A stretch of 64,000 nucleotides of DNA from a virus (taxonomy: Duplodnaviria; Heunggongvirae; Uroviricota; Caudoviricetes). A program made the position numbers and the translations under genes. The DNA lies in IMG/VR virus record IMGVR_UViG_3300001687_001192. One strand, 5' to 3'. This document shows, one piece after another, positions 25,829-34,657 of the stretch (positions are counted from its first letter, which is position 1; every line of letters begins with the position of its first letter). The notes under the pieces were generated by a model. It was not told where the DNA came from. It ran no database searches and was given only the letters and a program-made list of their open reading frames with translations.

Positions 25829-26236
25829 GTGCTTCTTCGTGCCAGTGGTGTACGCAATCATAATAACACGAAAACCTTTAGAGGGACCGACGGTCCGGCT
25901 ATCGAATGGGCCGATGGTACTAAGCTTTGGTACCAGAATGGTAGGCGTCACAGGACCGACGGTCCGGCTGTTGAATGGACCAGTGGTAATAGAGAGTGGT
26001 ACCAGAATGATAAGTTTCACAGGACCGACGGTCCGGCTATCGAGTACGCCAATAGTGATAGGCTTTGGTACCAGAATGGTAAGCTGCACAGGACCGACGG
26101 TCCGGCTGTTGAAATGGCCAGTGGTACTAAAGAGTACTGGGTAGAGGGAAAGCGGGTAGAATCTCTTCCTGATAATTGTGCTGGGAAGATTGTAGAGATT
26201 GACGGGAAGAGATATAAGTTATTAGAGCTTCTTTAG
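25829..26236 (+). CDS. MORN-variant (MORN_2-like) repeat protein: four 23-aa repeats HRTDGPA(I/V)E(W/Y)xxGxxxWYQNGK(L/F)
   Basis: repeat motif recognisable; GTG start weak; overlapping alternative frame 25788..26144 has ATG and TM helix. Confidence 0.45.
   Translation: MLLRASGVRNHNNTKTFRGTDGPAIEWADGTKLWYQNGRRHRTDGPAVEWTSGNREWYQNDKFHRTDGPAIEYANSDRLWYQNGKLHRTDGPAVEMASGTKEYWVEGKRVESLPDNCAGKIVEIDGKRYKLLELL
25884..26159 (+). repeat. 69-bp DNA tandem repeat x4 (anchor GGACCGACGGTCCGGCT, itself a near-palindrome)
   Basis: copies start 25884, 25953, 26022, 26091. Confidence 0.8.
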
Positions 26237-26296
26237 ATGAGCTGACCTAAGCTTGATCCTACATTTTTCGGTCTACAGATTAATTAGGAAATTTAA

Positions 26297-26662
26297 ATGT
26301 CTAGAGTACTTGAGAGAATTCCAGCAAAGGTAACGAGGATAGAAGAGCAGATATATCAATGCAATCAATGCGGATGTGGCAACGCGAAGGATATGACGGA
26401 AGGGCCGTGTCCGCGTCCTAGTTGCAGCGGACATCGGTTGGTTCGAATCGTAGAACGCTTTGATAGAACTCCTGGTTATGTTATAGTGAAGTGTGATTGC
26501 GGAGAAGAGGTAATGTGTCATGGTTTCACGAGCACGTGCGATAACTGCGAGGCCGACTATAACTGGGCTGGACAAAGACTCGCTCCACGTGAGCAGTGGG
26601 GCGAGGAGACTGGAGAGACATATGCCGACATCACAGGACCTGGAGACCCATTCGATGCTTGA
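26297..26662 (+). CDS. multi-Cys zinc-ribbon protein
   Basis: TTAGGAAATTTAA-ATG; four CxxC pairs. Confidence 0.55.
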   Translation: MSRVLERIPAKVTRIEEQIYQCNQCGCGNAKDMTEGPCPRPSCSGHRLVRIVERFDRTPGYVIVKCDCGEEVMCHGFTSTCDNCEADYNWAGQRLAPREQWGEETGETYADITGPGDPFDA

Positions 26663-26948
26663 GTATGAACGACGGCAGATCGTAATTAACCATTGTTGTA
26701 AGGCACTAGCGATTGCTGTTGCGAATGGGAAAAGATACGGGATACATACGGTAATACGTTTGGAAAAACACAAGATGCGACCGTTTTTGGAGGCCATAGC
26801 GACGACTAGGCACGGTTATATACCAGGACTACTGGCAAAGAGAATACTTAGGCGCTTTAATTATTTGGATGGCCTTGACAAAGTGCTGGAAGCCGCAAAT
26901 GAGCGAGCGTGGGATAACCGAGCTAGTCAAGATGTATCCGGAACGTAG
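26655..26948 (+). CDS. hypothetical protein
   Basis: in-frame ATG overlapping upstream stop within track ORF 26520..26948. Confidence 0.45.
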   Translation: MLEYERRQIVINHCCKALAIAVANGKRYGIHTVIRLEKHKMRPFLEAIATTRHGYIPGLLAKRILRRFNYLDGLDKVLEAANERAWDNRASQDVSGT

Positions 26949-27067
26949 AGGGCTGCCTCGAAGGAAATTTGCAGATAGTATAAGGGAATCTATAGTTTAT
27001 TAGAATAAGTTGATTTTGGAGTTTAATGGGAGAGTATACCAGATAGTGGTAAATGACGTAATCCCTG

Positions 27068-27388
27068 ATGGAGATAGAGATGGATGTTGACGAGGTTAGA
27101 GACTTCTTATCTCGACACATGAGTACAAGTGACGTTGATGCGTTAGTTGAATCTGTTTTAATGTGGGATGGACAAGCAGATGGTTTGCTACTTTCTTTAT
27201 GTTGGGGGGCTGTAGAACACGGATTAGATGCTGCGGTCGAGCATATATTCAAGTTCATATTAAGGTCTAAGAAGGCGGCTAAGGTGCTTGAGGGTACCGA
27301 CTACGAACAGTTTTTCAAGACGTTGGTAAAGATCGCTGAGAGCTTTCTTGCTACCATTCACATAGCGAGTCCTAAAAGACTAAATTAG
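27068..27388 (+). CDS. hypothetical protein
   Basis: ORF. Confidence 0.5.
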   Translation: MEIEMDVDEVRDFLSRHMSTSDVDALVESVLMWDGQADGLLLSLCWGAVEHGLDAAVEHIFKFILRSKKAAKVLEGTDYEQFFKTLVKIAESFLATIHIASPKRLN

Positions 27389-27397
27389 GGAGATAAC

Positions 27398-27838
27398 ATG
27401 CGATGTCCGTTATGCGGCGGCGATGGTGTCCTTATATTCACTTTTCATTGCAATAATGCAGATTGCCAAAACTACGACAAAGAGAATGCGGCCAAGGAAG
27501 TACTACAGTTTCCCTATGCTCCAATGGTGGAAGTAGGCGATAGGGTTAAAATGCGGCAGTATGACTCTGCCACACGCATGGATCAGGAAGAAGCAGAATA
27601 TCTGAAGAAATATCCGGGATTGTATAGTTATCCCATTCTGGCGTACTCAGATTATCCACGTTGTATTGCAGACAATGGAGGATGGCTTACAGTGCAAGAG
27701 GTAGTACAAGTGCCCGGTATGTCGCCAGATTGGAACCATTCTGGGCAGGCCAGCAGAGCATTTAGTGTCACTGAATATACTCGTACAGACATCGCCTTGT
27801 GGACCTCTATCTGGGTAGAGGAAGTGAAAAAATCATGA
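27398..27838 (+). CDS. hypothetical protein with N-terminal CPLCGG zinc knuckle
   Basis: TTAGGGAGATAAC-ATG. Confidence 0.55.
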   Translation: MRCPLCGGDGVLIFTFHCNNADCQNYDKENAAKEVLQFPYAPMVEVGDRVKMRQYDSATRMDQEEAEYLKKYPGLYSYPILAYSDYPRCIADNGGWLTVQEVVQVPGMSPDWNHSGQASRAFSVTEYTRTDIALWTSIWVEEVKKS

Positions 27839-28005
27839 TGCTAAACAAAGATCAAAGATTTAGGTGGGCTTTAGAATTAAAGAGCGTACGACGATACTTG
27901 AAGTCGAAAGATTCTGATACTGGCATAACAGTCCAAATACTGGAAAGCATGATCAAGCAGCTTGAAGGATACGAGGGTTGTGACGTAATCAAGCTGAAAC
28001 GATAA
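27835..28005 (+). CDS. small protein
   Basis: ATGATG overlap with upstream stop. Confidence 0.45.
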   Translation: MMLNKDQRFRWALELKSVRRYLKSKDSDTGITVQILESMIKQLEGYEGCDVIKLKR

Positions 28006-28016
28006 CCGCTAAAGAC

Positions 28017-29030
28017 TTGGAGGCTGAGATGTTTGACCAAGAGGAACTTGTGCAAGAGGTGTGGGGCGAGTTCACAGAGCTGACAGAAGATCCTCAAGAA
28101 ATCGTATGGGGGGATGTCGTTGGCACCGCCAACCTTATAGATCCTGCTATGGATCAATATGGACCGCACTTACAAGACGAGCTAGACATGCAAGAATGGC
28201 AGAAGCTGGCTTGTACCGCGTTTCCTCAAGGTGCGATTAATGATCACGGGAAAGCTGAAACATGTCTACGTTTACAGCGCAGGACTACGTGGCGTGGCGG
28301 CGTTTACTATATGGCTACTGTGGCGTGTAGTTGGGGCCAATACGATTACGAAGAAATGGAAAAGGCGCCTAGACAGACCAAAAAGACAAGGCTTCGCGAG
28401 TCTCCGAAGCCGGAGGAGCCGGGGACTCACGCTACGGTAGGAGAGATAAAGACTCGTATACAAGTTACTTTGAAACGTAAATCAAAGAACGTGCGGGGTG
28501 AGACTGGCAACTTCGTGGTTTATCAGGTGCACGCTGCTGACTTGAAACGCATGTTCGAGCCGCTGCTGTCTGTTTATCCAAAACAGAGAAAGTCTGAACA
28601 GGTCGTACGAGTTCAGTTTACTGAGTATAAGATCAGTGGCGGCAGTTATCGCAAGGAATGTGGCGCTAATTTAAACTTACACAACGCTAAGGTGTTGGTA
28701 ATTGTTGAGTACATTCATAATGCAATTAAGCAGCATAAGTGGAACTATACTTCGACAGTAGGTCAGCGCGTTGGCGAAATTGGCGATATTCTGATAGCCC
28801 AGGAAGTTGCGAAGTTTCCGGCAGTGTCAACGGACCAGTTTTACGATCCAGAGAAACATAGTGGGCTCTGGTGTTTGTGTAAAATAAAGGATAAGAAGTC
28901 TCTAGTATTAAAAACAGCACCAGAGGTAGCTAATATAGTGTTAAGCAGAAAAAAGTACAGCGAGTTTACCTATATCATAAATCCTAAGGGTGGTATATTG
29001 ATGTCAAAAGAAGTTGGACAGCTGAACTAG
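28017..29030 (+). CDS. hypothetical protein (337 aa)
   Basis: AAAGACTTGGAGGCTGAG-ATG. Confidence 0.65.
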   Translation: MEAEMFDQEELVQEVWGEFTELTEDPQEIVWGDVVGTANLIDPAMDQYGPHLQDELDMQEWQKLACTAFPQGAINDHGKAETCLRLQRRTTWRGGVYYMATVACSWGQYDYEEMEKAPRQTKKTRLRESPKPEEPGTHATVGEIKTRIQVTLKRKSKNVRGETGNFVVYQVHAADLKRMFEPLLSVYPKQRKSEQVVRVQFTEYKISGGSYRKECGANLNLHNAKVLVIVEYIHNAIKQHKWNYTSTVGQRVGEIGDILIAQEVAKFPAVSTDQFYDPEKHSGLWCLCKIKDKKSLVLKTAPEVANIVLSRKKYSEFTYIINPKGGILMSKEVGQLN

Positions 29031-29040
29031 GAGTTGAGTT

Positions 29041-29481
29041 ATGAAAGTACGACATGACAGTGCAGTATATTTTAGCACTCGCAGAGAAGCACTGATCGCT
29101 GCGGAAGAATGTATGAAGCTCATCAGCCGGGCCAGAGTATGGACTGGAACATGGGAACGCAGCGACACTTCGTATGAATTCTTTAATTATCCACAGGATT
29201 ATTTGCCGGAATGGGCGGCCAATGATGGGTTGATCTTTTGGGATATAAGTATCGAAATGGAGGAGTTTGGCGGTCTTAGGCTGTTTTATGTGATTGTAAC
29301 GATGGACGCTGATGACCAACGGTTCTATTCTTCTGCGATACCGCTGGACGGCGAGGCGCATTCTGTCATTAACGATTTCCTCGCTAACCGTGAAGAAGAT
29401 ATCGACAGTGGCGAAGAGCTGTGGTGGTGGCTTGACAGTCCTAGTTTGCCACACGTTACATTCTATTTCCCTAGTATATAA
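29041..29481 (+). CDS. hypothetical protein
   Basis: TAGGAGTTGAGTT-ATG. Confidence 0.55.
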   Translation: MKVRHDSAVYFSTRREALIAAEECMKLISRARVWTGTWERSDTSYEFFNYPQDYLPEWAANDGLIFWDISIEMEEFGGLRLFYVIVTMDADDQRFYSSAIPLDGEAHSVINDFLANREEDIDSGEELWWWLDSPSLPHVTFYFPSI

Positions 29482-29502
29482 AAGTCTACCAATGTAGAAT
29501 AC

Positions 29503-29928
29503 GTGAAAAGGAGGCAAGCTATGGCTGATTGTCCGGGATGTGGTTCTGGAATGTGGGAAACCACAATTCAGGGTAACGCACAAATATACTATATTTGTCA
29601 TAAATGTAACAGTCCTTTTCCTAGGGGTAGCATCGTTCGTGAAAAGGGCGGAGGCGGGGAGGCTACAGTAATTGGCTACGGCTACGGCAGAGACTATGGG
29701 CCTGGTCCTTGTCATTGGGTGGTCGTAGAGTGGTGTGATGGTACACCGGGGCAAGGAGTCAATCCGAGCGTTTTTGAGCTAGTAGAGAATACTACTGACC
29801 GGAGAAATGAATCTCAGCGAGCTGGCGATGCGTTGTTTTGCCAATGTCAAAACAAAGATTTAGTTGAGAACTTTGCCCTCGACAAAAAATTCTATGTATG
29901 CAGGAAATGTAGGAGAGAAGCAAGTTAA
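29503..29928 (+). CDS. hypothetical protein with C-terminal zinc ribbon (CQCQNKDL...YVCRKCRREAS)
   Basis: GAAAAGGAGGCAAGCT-ATG. Confidence 0.6.
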   Translation: MKRRQAMADCPGCGSGMWETTIQGNAQIYYICHKCNSPFPRGSIVREKGGGGEATVIGYGYGRDYGPGPCHWVVVEWCDGTPGQGVNPSVFELVENTTDRRNESQRAGDALFCQCQNKDLVENFALDKKFYVCRKCRREAS

Positions 29929-29935
29929 AAGTGTT

Positions 29936-30019
29936 GGCCGGGTGGCGTAACTGGTAGCCGCCTCAGACTTAAAATCTGATGTCCGTAAGGGCGTGCGGGT
30001 TCGAATCCCGCCCCGGCTA
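29936..30019 (+). tRNA. tRNA-Leu (anticodon UAA), type II with long variable arm, no encoded CCA
   Basis: acceptor ggccggg/cccggct, D arm ggcg-taactggtagc-cgcc, anticodon stem tcaga/tctga with loop CTTAAAA (U33, A37), 15-nt variable arm, T arm gcggg-TTCGAAT-cccgc. Confidence 0.8.
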
Positions 30020-30037
30020 CTAATTGGGGAGAACGTA

Positions 30038-30358
30038 ATGAACATAACTTGGGTGCTTGAGGCAGAGGCTTTTAGAGACAACGAGGAAGCGCTGAAGGAA
30101 GCCGCGAAAGCAGCTGGCCACCGGGTTGTAGCGTGGAACGATGAATGGATAGAAACACGGAAGTGGCCAGTGCTAGAAGGCGAGCGGGTAGTATTTCACG
30201 GTAGCCTAGAGAACGCTTCTTACATCCATCGGAATATATCTTGGGAGCCTGGGGCATTTTGCAGAAGCCGAGTCCCCAGTGCTGTTGTCATGGGTGTCAC
30301 GAGGGAAGATGGCCATAAAATATTAGGAGGTAGGATATGTTTCAGATCGTCTTGTTAG
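30038..30358 (+). CDS. hypothetical protein
   Basis: GGGGAGAACGTA-ATG; track start 29993 lies inside tRNA. Confidence 0.5.
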   Translation: MNITWVLEAEAFRDNEEALKEAAKAAGHRVVAWNDEWIETRKWPVLEGERVVFHGSLENASYIHRNISWEPGAFCRSRVPSAVVMGVTREDGHKILGGRICFRSSC

Positions 30359-30603
30359 TAGTCATACCAATAGTGCTGGCATTAGTAGCATGTATCCAAT
30401 ATGGTACTGCAATTCCTGCCCTCGTCGTTGGCGGTATAGCAGTTGTAGCGCTTGTGGTGAGTACGTTCATGTTTCGTAAGGCCGAACATTTTGAAGTAGG
30501 AATCGCGTGGATGTTGTTCTTCATGTTACCGGCATTGATCGTAGCAGTGACCCTTTTACTTGGTTCAGGAATCCATTATTTCATTCAATACGTTGCGTCA
30601 TGA
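30337..30603 (+). CDS. membrane protein (3 TM)
   Basis: TATTAGGAGGTAGGAT-ATG. Confidence 0.55.
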   Translation: MFQIVLLVVIPIVLALVACIQYGTAIPALVVGGIAVVALVVSTFMFRKAEHFEVGIAWMLFFMLPALIVAVTLLLGSGIHYFIQYVAS

Positions 30604-30613
30604 GAGGAGTACG

Positions 30614-31099
30614 ATGGTGAGGTTACTTAGTATCTTGTGCGTTCTGGTCATCGGATGTGGAGAGGTAGTACATACTTGGGATGCCGGCCCGGATATATAT
30701 GTGCCTCCTCCAGATGGTGGGGTAGTACCGGCGCTACTGGACGTGCACCGAATTGATATAGGGAAGTTAAATTTCAGGCCAGATGCTGGGCCACACAAAT
30801 GCTCTCCGTCTGGTTATTACGTCATGTACGTCAGGGTTATGAGTAATAGTTGTCCTGAGTCTATTATAGAGAAAAACTCATGGTGGACTAAACCCTCGTT
30901 CCACAAATCATATTGGTGTGGGACATATTTTTGGGATGACGGTGCGACGCTGGACGGTGACAGGACTATGTTGTGTTGGAATTATATGGAGGTAACTATA
31001 GATGGCCTAGAATCGTGGTCAGACTGTACAGTCTATGAATCGGACTGGAAAATATTCTGCGAATTCAGCATTAGGACTCCGCTAACCAGACCACAGTGA
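30614..31099 (+). CDS. lipoprotein (LVIGCG lipobox), Cys/Trp-rich
   Basis: TGAGAGGAGTACG-ATG inside track ORF 30560..31099. Confidence 0.55.
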   Translation: MVRLLSILCVLVIGCGEVVHTWDAGPDIYVPPPDGGVVPALLDVHRIDIGKLNFRPDAGPHKCSPSGYYVMYVRVMSNSCPESIIEKNSWWTKPSFHKSYWCGTYFWDDGATLDGDRTMLCWNYMEVTIDGLESWSDCTVYESDWKIFCEFSIRTPLTRPQ

Positions 31100-31146
31100 A
31101 GTAGAAAATGGAGCATATAAGTTCGACTGCTGTTTTAGGATAATGT

Positions 31147-31452
31147 ATGGAATACCTGCTGTTTCTAGCGTTACCTGGTCTTGCTTTTTTAGGGGCATAT
31201 ACCAGCAGAAAAACGAAGGTATCGAATAGATTCATCTTCATCCCGCCTTTGGTTTCATTTGCTGTTGGCTGGGCCTGGATTTTATTTGCCAAATTTACTG
31301 TCATGTCACTAGCCGTAGCGCAAGTTATCTTCGATACTTCATATGTACTTAGCTATTTCTTTGCATTTATACTGCTAGGGGAGAGTGTTACCTGGCTTCA
31401 AGGAATCGGAGTTAGTTTGGCAATAATAGGTATCGTCCTATTAAGTGTATAG
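31147..31452 (+). CDS. membrane protein (3 TM)
   Basis: ORF. Confidence 0.5.
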   Translation: MEYLLFLALPGLAFLGAYTSRKTKVSNRFIFIPPLVSFAVGWAWILFAKFTVMSLAVAQVIFDTSYVLSYFFAFILLGESVTWLQGIGVSLAIIGIVLLSV

Positions 31453-31460
31453 GAGGAAAT

Positions 31461-31778
31461 GTGGGACTAAACGATAGTGCCGAACATACATATATAGAAT
31501 GTGACTGCGATCACGCTGAGCACATCTTAAGATTTACTCGATACTCTGGCCTTGATGAACTCGATAAGATGCTTACCGTAGATGTTTATTTGTCCAATTA
31601 TATGAGCTTACCTCAAAGAATATGGTATGGCATTAAGTATATTTTCGGTTTTAAATCTGGATATGGGGCCTTTGACTGCGTTCTTCTAAATAAGAAGAAC
31701 GTTAAGAGACTTCGAGACTTATGTAACATGCATCTGGAGGCGTTGGATGCAGAGGAGGGCAATAATGGGAGCGTGTGA
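31461..31778 (+). CDS. hypothetical protein
   Basis: TATAGGAGGAAAT-GTG/ATG. Confidence 0.5.
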   Translation: MGLNDSAEHTYIECDCDHAEHILRFTRYSGLDELDKMLTVDVYLSNYMSLPQRIWYGIKYIFGFKSGYGAFDCVLLNKKNVKRLRDLCNMHLEALDAEEGNNGSV

Positions 31779-32055
31779 GTCATGCAGAAACTTTTATGTT
31801 GCCGTTGGTAAAGATCCTGAATGCAAATTTGGTTTTAGCCAAGAGGAAGATTGTGGTTTATACGAGTCCGTGCAATTTGTTAAAGTTAGACCAAAATGTA
31901 AACACGAGGCGGATTGGGATCGTGCTCAATTGGTGCTGGAACATTTAGTTGACGACGGAGGTGCAGAGATTATCATAGATGTGCCATGTGAACACTGCCC
32001 CAGAACAGGGTCGTTTAGTTTAACTGCTCTAGGTCAAGATATTAACTGGGATTAG
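31747..32055 (+). CDS. Cys-rich protein
   Basis: overlap with upstream 3' end. Confidence 0.5.
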   Translation: MQRRAIMGACESCRNFYVAVGKDPECKFGFSQEEDCGLYESVQFVKVRPKCKHEADWDRAQLVLEHLVDDGGAEIIIDVPCEHCPRTGSFSLTALGQDINWD

Positions 32056-32101
32056 GACAAGTCCATAAGGAACGCGAGAAACCACCAGACAGGAGGAAAA
32101 G

Positions 32102-32272
32102 ATGAGTGTTTTGAAAGACATTGATGGCGATCTCAAGACGGCTAAAGAGTATATCGAAAGTGCAGGCAGGAAAGCAAAGCGCGTCAAAGACACCGATGGC
32201 AGCGACAAAGCGGATAAGCTTGCGGAAAGGGTTGACGAACTCCGAGAGGATTTTAAAAGGAAAGGCAAATAA
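32102..32272 (+). CDS. small charged protein (56 aa)
   Basis: ACAGGAGGAAAAG-ATG; below track cut-off. Confidence 0.45.
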   Translation: MSVLKDIDGDLKTAKEYIESAGRKAKRVKDTDGSDKADKLAERVDELREDFKRKGK

Positions 32273-32282
32273 GGTGTGAGAG

Positions 32283-32540
32283 ATGGACTTCCTCAATGTA
32301 ATACTTGATAACGGGAATGTTTGGGAATCAGACCGTAGTAGTTTGTTTCCTGTTAATGAGGAAGTCCATTTCTTATCTTCTGAGATTGATATCTTCGATC
32401 TTCTGGTGATGCTGGGATCTTTCCCATCTAGAACTCAAGCTAGAAAGAACTGGAAACATGGGCCAATTCCGGATGGCTGGAGTGAGTTTTATGTGGGAAA
32501 GCTTAAGAGGCATCTCTGCATTTGGAATCCGAGTACATGA
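32283..32540 (+). CDS. hypothetical protein
   Basis: AAGGTGTGAGAG-ATG. Confidence 0.4.
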   Translation: MDFLNVILDNGNVWESDRSSLFPVNEEVHFLSSEIDIFDLLVMLGSFPSRTQARKNWKHGPIPDGWSEFYVGKLKRHLCIWNPST

Positions 32541-32553
32541 AAGGAAGAGCAAG

Positions 32554-32790
32554 ATGGATTCTCTAATGATATTCCTAATTGTCGTATATATCTTAGGTGT
32601 AGTGGTAACATCTACAGTACTGTATATAAAGGAATGGTGGGATCTCGACGACACACTCAGCAGCGTGCCCTGGTTCTTGTTTAGCTTGGTGTGGCCAACA
32701 TTCTTATTTTTGGTCTTACTTCTCCTACCAGCAAAACTTTTGCTGTGTGTCTCTAAGCAGATCGCCAAAACTGGTGGTTGGAAAGGCTAA
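32554..32790 (+). CDS. membrane protein (2 TM)
   Basis: GAAAGGAAGAGCAAG-ATG inside track ORF 32458..32790. Confidence 0.45.
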   Translation: MDSLMIFLIVVYILGVVVTSTVLYIKEWWDLDDTLSSVPWFLFSLVWPTFLFLVLLLLPAKLLLCVSKQIAKTGGWKG

Positions 32791-32813
32791 AACTTTCACG
32801 AAGGAGTCTAGAG

Positions 32814-33374
32814 ATGATCGCAGATTTCGACATGCTTGAATGGCATGAGACTTCGCAGCTGGTTGATGAGGAGACGGCGGAGGCCGTTAAGCACCTTCAC
32901 GTTGCTAGCTATATGTTTCGGCTAACTGGTAGTAGATACTTTGGGTCGTGGCAACGCCGATCAGACTTCGACTTTTTTACTGAGAATACTGCTTCCATCA
33001 ACTCATATCTCAAGTCAAAAGGTTTTGTAATAGTACTTTCAGGCGACTATACCGATGCTCTCACGGACCTGGTATACAGAAAGGGGAAGGTCCATGTGCA
33101 GATCATTAACAATGTTCTGTTAAAGCAAAGGATTCAAAAAGCTATCAATGACAGCGGCGTTATCGGAACGATAATGAGAGGTAGTGTAAAAGAGATAACG
33201 CGAAAATTATGGGATCTTGGGGTAAAACTGGCGGATCCTATAGATGTCGCGAAACCGCAGGTTACCGTAGAGTCGAAATTTTGTTCGTGTCCTGGAGAGA
33301 AGGTTCGGACGACGGTAAACGGCAGGGATTTTTTCAACTATTGCAGAGGGTGCAAGAAAGAGTGCAAACCGTAG
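32814..33374 (+). CDS. hypothetical protein with C-terminal zinc ribbon (CSCPGEKV...FFNYCRGCKKECKP)
   Basis: CGAAGGAGTCTAGAG-ATG inside track ORF 32778..33374. Confidence 0.6.
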   Translation: MIADFDMLEWHETSQLVDEETAEAVKHLHVASYMFRLTGSRYFGSWQRRSDFDFFTENTASINSYLKSKGFVIVLSGDYTDALTDLVYRKGKVHVQIINNVLLKQRIQKAINDSGVIGTIMRGSVKEITRKLWDLGVKLADPIDVAKPQVTVESKFCSCPGEKVRTTVNGRDFFNYCRGCKKECKP

Positions 33375-33385
33375 AGGAGGTAGAG

Positions 33386-33685
33386 ATGCGAAACATTATA
33401 TTTGCTACGCTGATCGTACTGTCAGCAGCTATTTTCGGCTGTATGGAAACGTACGACCACGGGATGTGCGAACATGCGTGTCAAAGGAAATTCGGGTACA
33501 AAATTGGAGAATACTGTAGCGTTACGGGGCGTTGCATTGATTTTGACTGGGGTGCTGACAGTCGTCGTCTGAATAGGGTGTGTAAATGTAGGTGCATTGG
33601 AGGGCCTATTGGATCCGTATTCATAAGTGAGGAGGGGAAACGGATTATGATAACGGCCGAGGCAGAGGTTGAAGGCGGCAAATAA
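33386..33685 (+). CDS. secreted/lipo Cys-rich protein (8 Cys)
   Basis: GTAGAGGAGGTAGAG-ATG; signal peptide. Confidence 0.5.
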   Translation: MRNIIFATLIVLSAAIFGCMETYDHGMCEHACQRKFGYKIGEYCSVTGRCIDFDWGADSRRLNRVCKCRCIGGPIGSVFISEEGKRIMITAEAEVEGGK

Positions 33686-33723
33686 TTATCGGACGGCATT
33701 CACACTTGGGCTAAGGAGTAAAT

Positions 33724-33945
33724 ATGTTGCCATCGATGTGCGATAAAAGAATGCGCTTAAGCGTTGATCAAATGGCCGAATTAAATGGTTTGGCCGATAA
33801 AGCCAGTAACTTAAGCAGTTTACTAAGGGGAGCCGCGCAATTGGGAGAAAAGGGACATCCGGTAATAGTAGCAGAGATAGATGCCGCTTTCAAAGAATTA
33901 AAGCAGATTGTAGATCGAGTTAGGAGATTTATAGAATGTCTGTAA
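33724..33945 (+). CDS. hypothetical protein
   Basis: CTAAGGAGTAAAT-ATG. Confidence 0.5.
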   Translation: MLPSMCDKRMRLSVDQMAELNGLADKASNLSSLLRGAAQLGEKGHPVIVAEIDAAFKELKQIVDRVRRFIECL

Positions 33946-34139
33946 AACCAGAAGTTTCCAAGCCTGTTTCAGGTAGTAATAACATGTTGTCGAAGCAACT
34001 ATCTTGTGGTGCCGTGGTGGAAATTCATAGAACCGATAATGGTATTAAAGTCTTGACATTTGCGTTTGATTCTAAAGGCAACAAAATATGCATAGGACGC
34101 AGGGTATTCACCGAGAAAGACCTCACGGGTGGCCAATGA
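33936..34139 (+). CDS. hypothetical protein
   Basis: overlap. Confidence 0.4.
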   Translation: MSVKPEVSKPVSGSNNMLSKQLSCGAVVEIHRTDNGIKVLTFAFDSKGNKICIGRRVFTEKDLTGGQ

Positions 34140-34657
34140 AATCCTTGGCGTTCGTGCTCACATTTTTCGTGGCGTCTACAAGTTTTGCTGACCAAAGACT
34201 GGCGCGATTGTGTAGTGATACTGCACTAGCTCTTAACGGACACGCGCTCAGTTTATCGCTCATTGTTACAGATGTTGCCTTGGAGTTGACCGCGCTTCCA
34301 AAAGCCAAGGTAGCTACTGCTCGGGCGGCAATTGAGGCGGTAAATGTTGCGGGTGCTATCGTATTCGAGGAGCTTAGTTTCCTCGGAGTACATATTATTC
34401 TTAGAAATGGTGGGGCTAAGATCAAAGATAAGGTTATAATAATTTTCCTTCTAAATTCGATTAATGATCTGGAGAGTTATTATACATTGGCTAGAATGCT
34501 ACCGGGTAAGGTAATTAGGGATAAGAAGAAGAGGGATACTATTCTTAAAAAGATGGATAAGAATTATGCTATATTTGGCTCTATAGCTGACGCCGCGACA
34601 AAGATGATTAGAAAGAGGCTTTTAAAGGTTCCAAAGGGCAGGAAAGAAAAGATATGA
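34136..34657 (+). CDS. secreted protein (signal peptide MKSLAFVLTFFVASTSFA); Lys/Ile-rich C-terminal half overlaps a diverged copy of the 17944-18540 repeat unit
   Basis: signal peptide; 34404-34500 contains GGGGCT..TTCCTTCTAAATTCGA..GAATGCTACC. Confidence 0.4.
   Translation: MKSLAFVLTFFVASTSFADQRLARLCSDTALALNGHALSLSLIVTDVALELTALPKAKVATARAAIEAVNVAGAIVFEELSFLGVHIILRNGGAKIKDKVIIIFLLNSINDLESYYTLARMLPGKVIRDKKKRDTILKKMDKNYAIFGSIADAATKMIRKRLLKVPKGRKEKI

Noticed and set aside
25788-26144. ORF 25788..26144 as an independent repeat protein (GPTVRLxNGPxV repeats)
   Set aside because: The repeats exist only because the DNA is a 69-bp tandem repeat, and the overlapping frame encodes a recognisable MORN-variant repeat. 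It is kept only as a possible N-terminal TM segment in the frameshift hypothesis.
880-29754. Minus-strand ORFs in the track (e.g. 880..1353, 4639..5181, 9385..9786, 10054..10476, 21278..21703, 26273..26797, 28984..29754, 60449..60901)
   Set aside because: All lie antisense to well-supported + strand genes or structured RNAs, lack upstream RBS, and the window is otherwise strictly unidirectional. They are treated as shadow ORFs.
29993-30037. Track start of ORF 29993..30358 (GTG) inside tRNA-Leu
   Set aside because: The start codon lies within the T arm and acceptor stem of a canonical tRNA. The gene was re-called from ATG 30038 with its own RBS.
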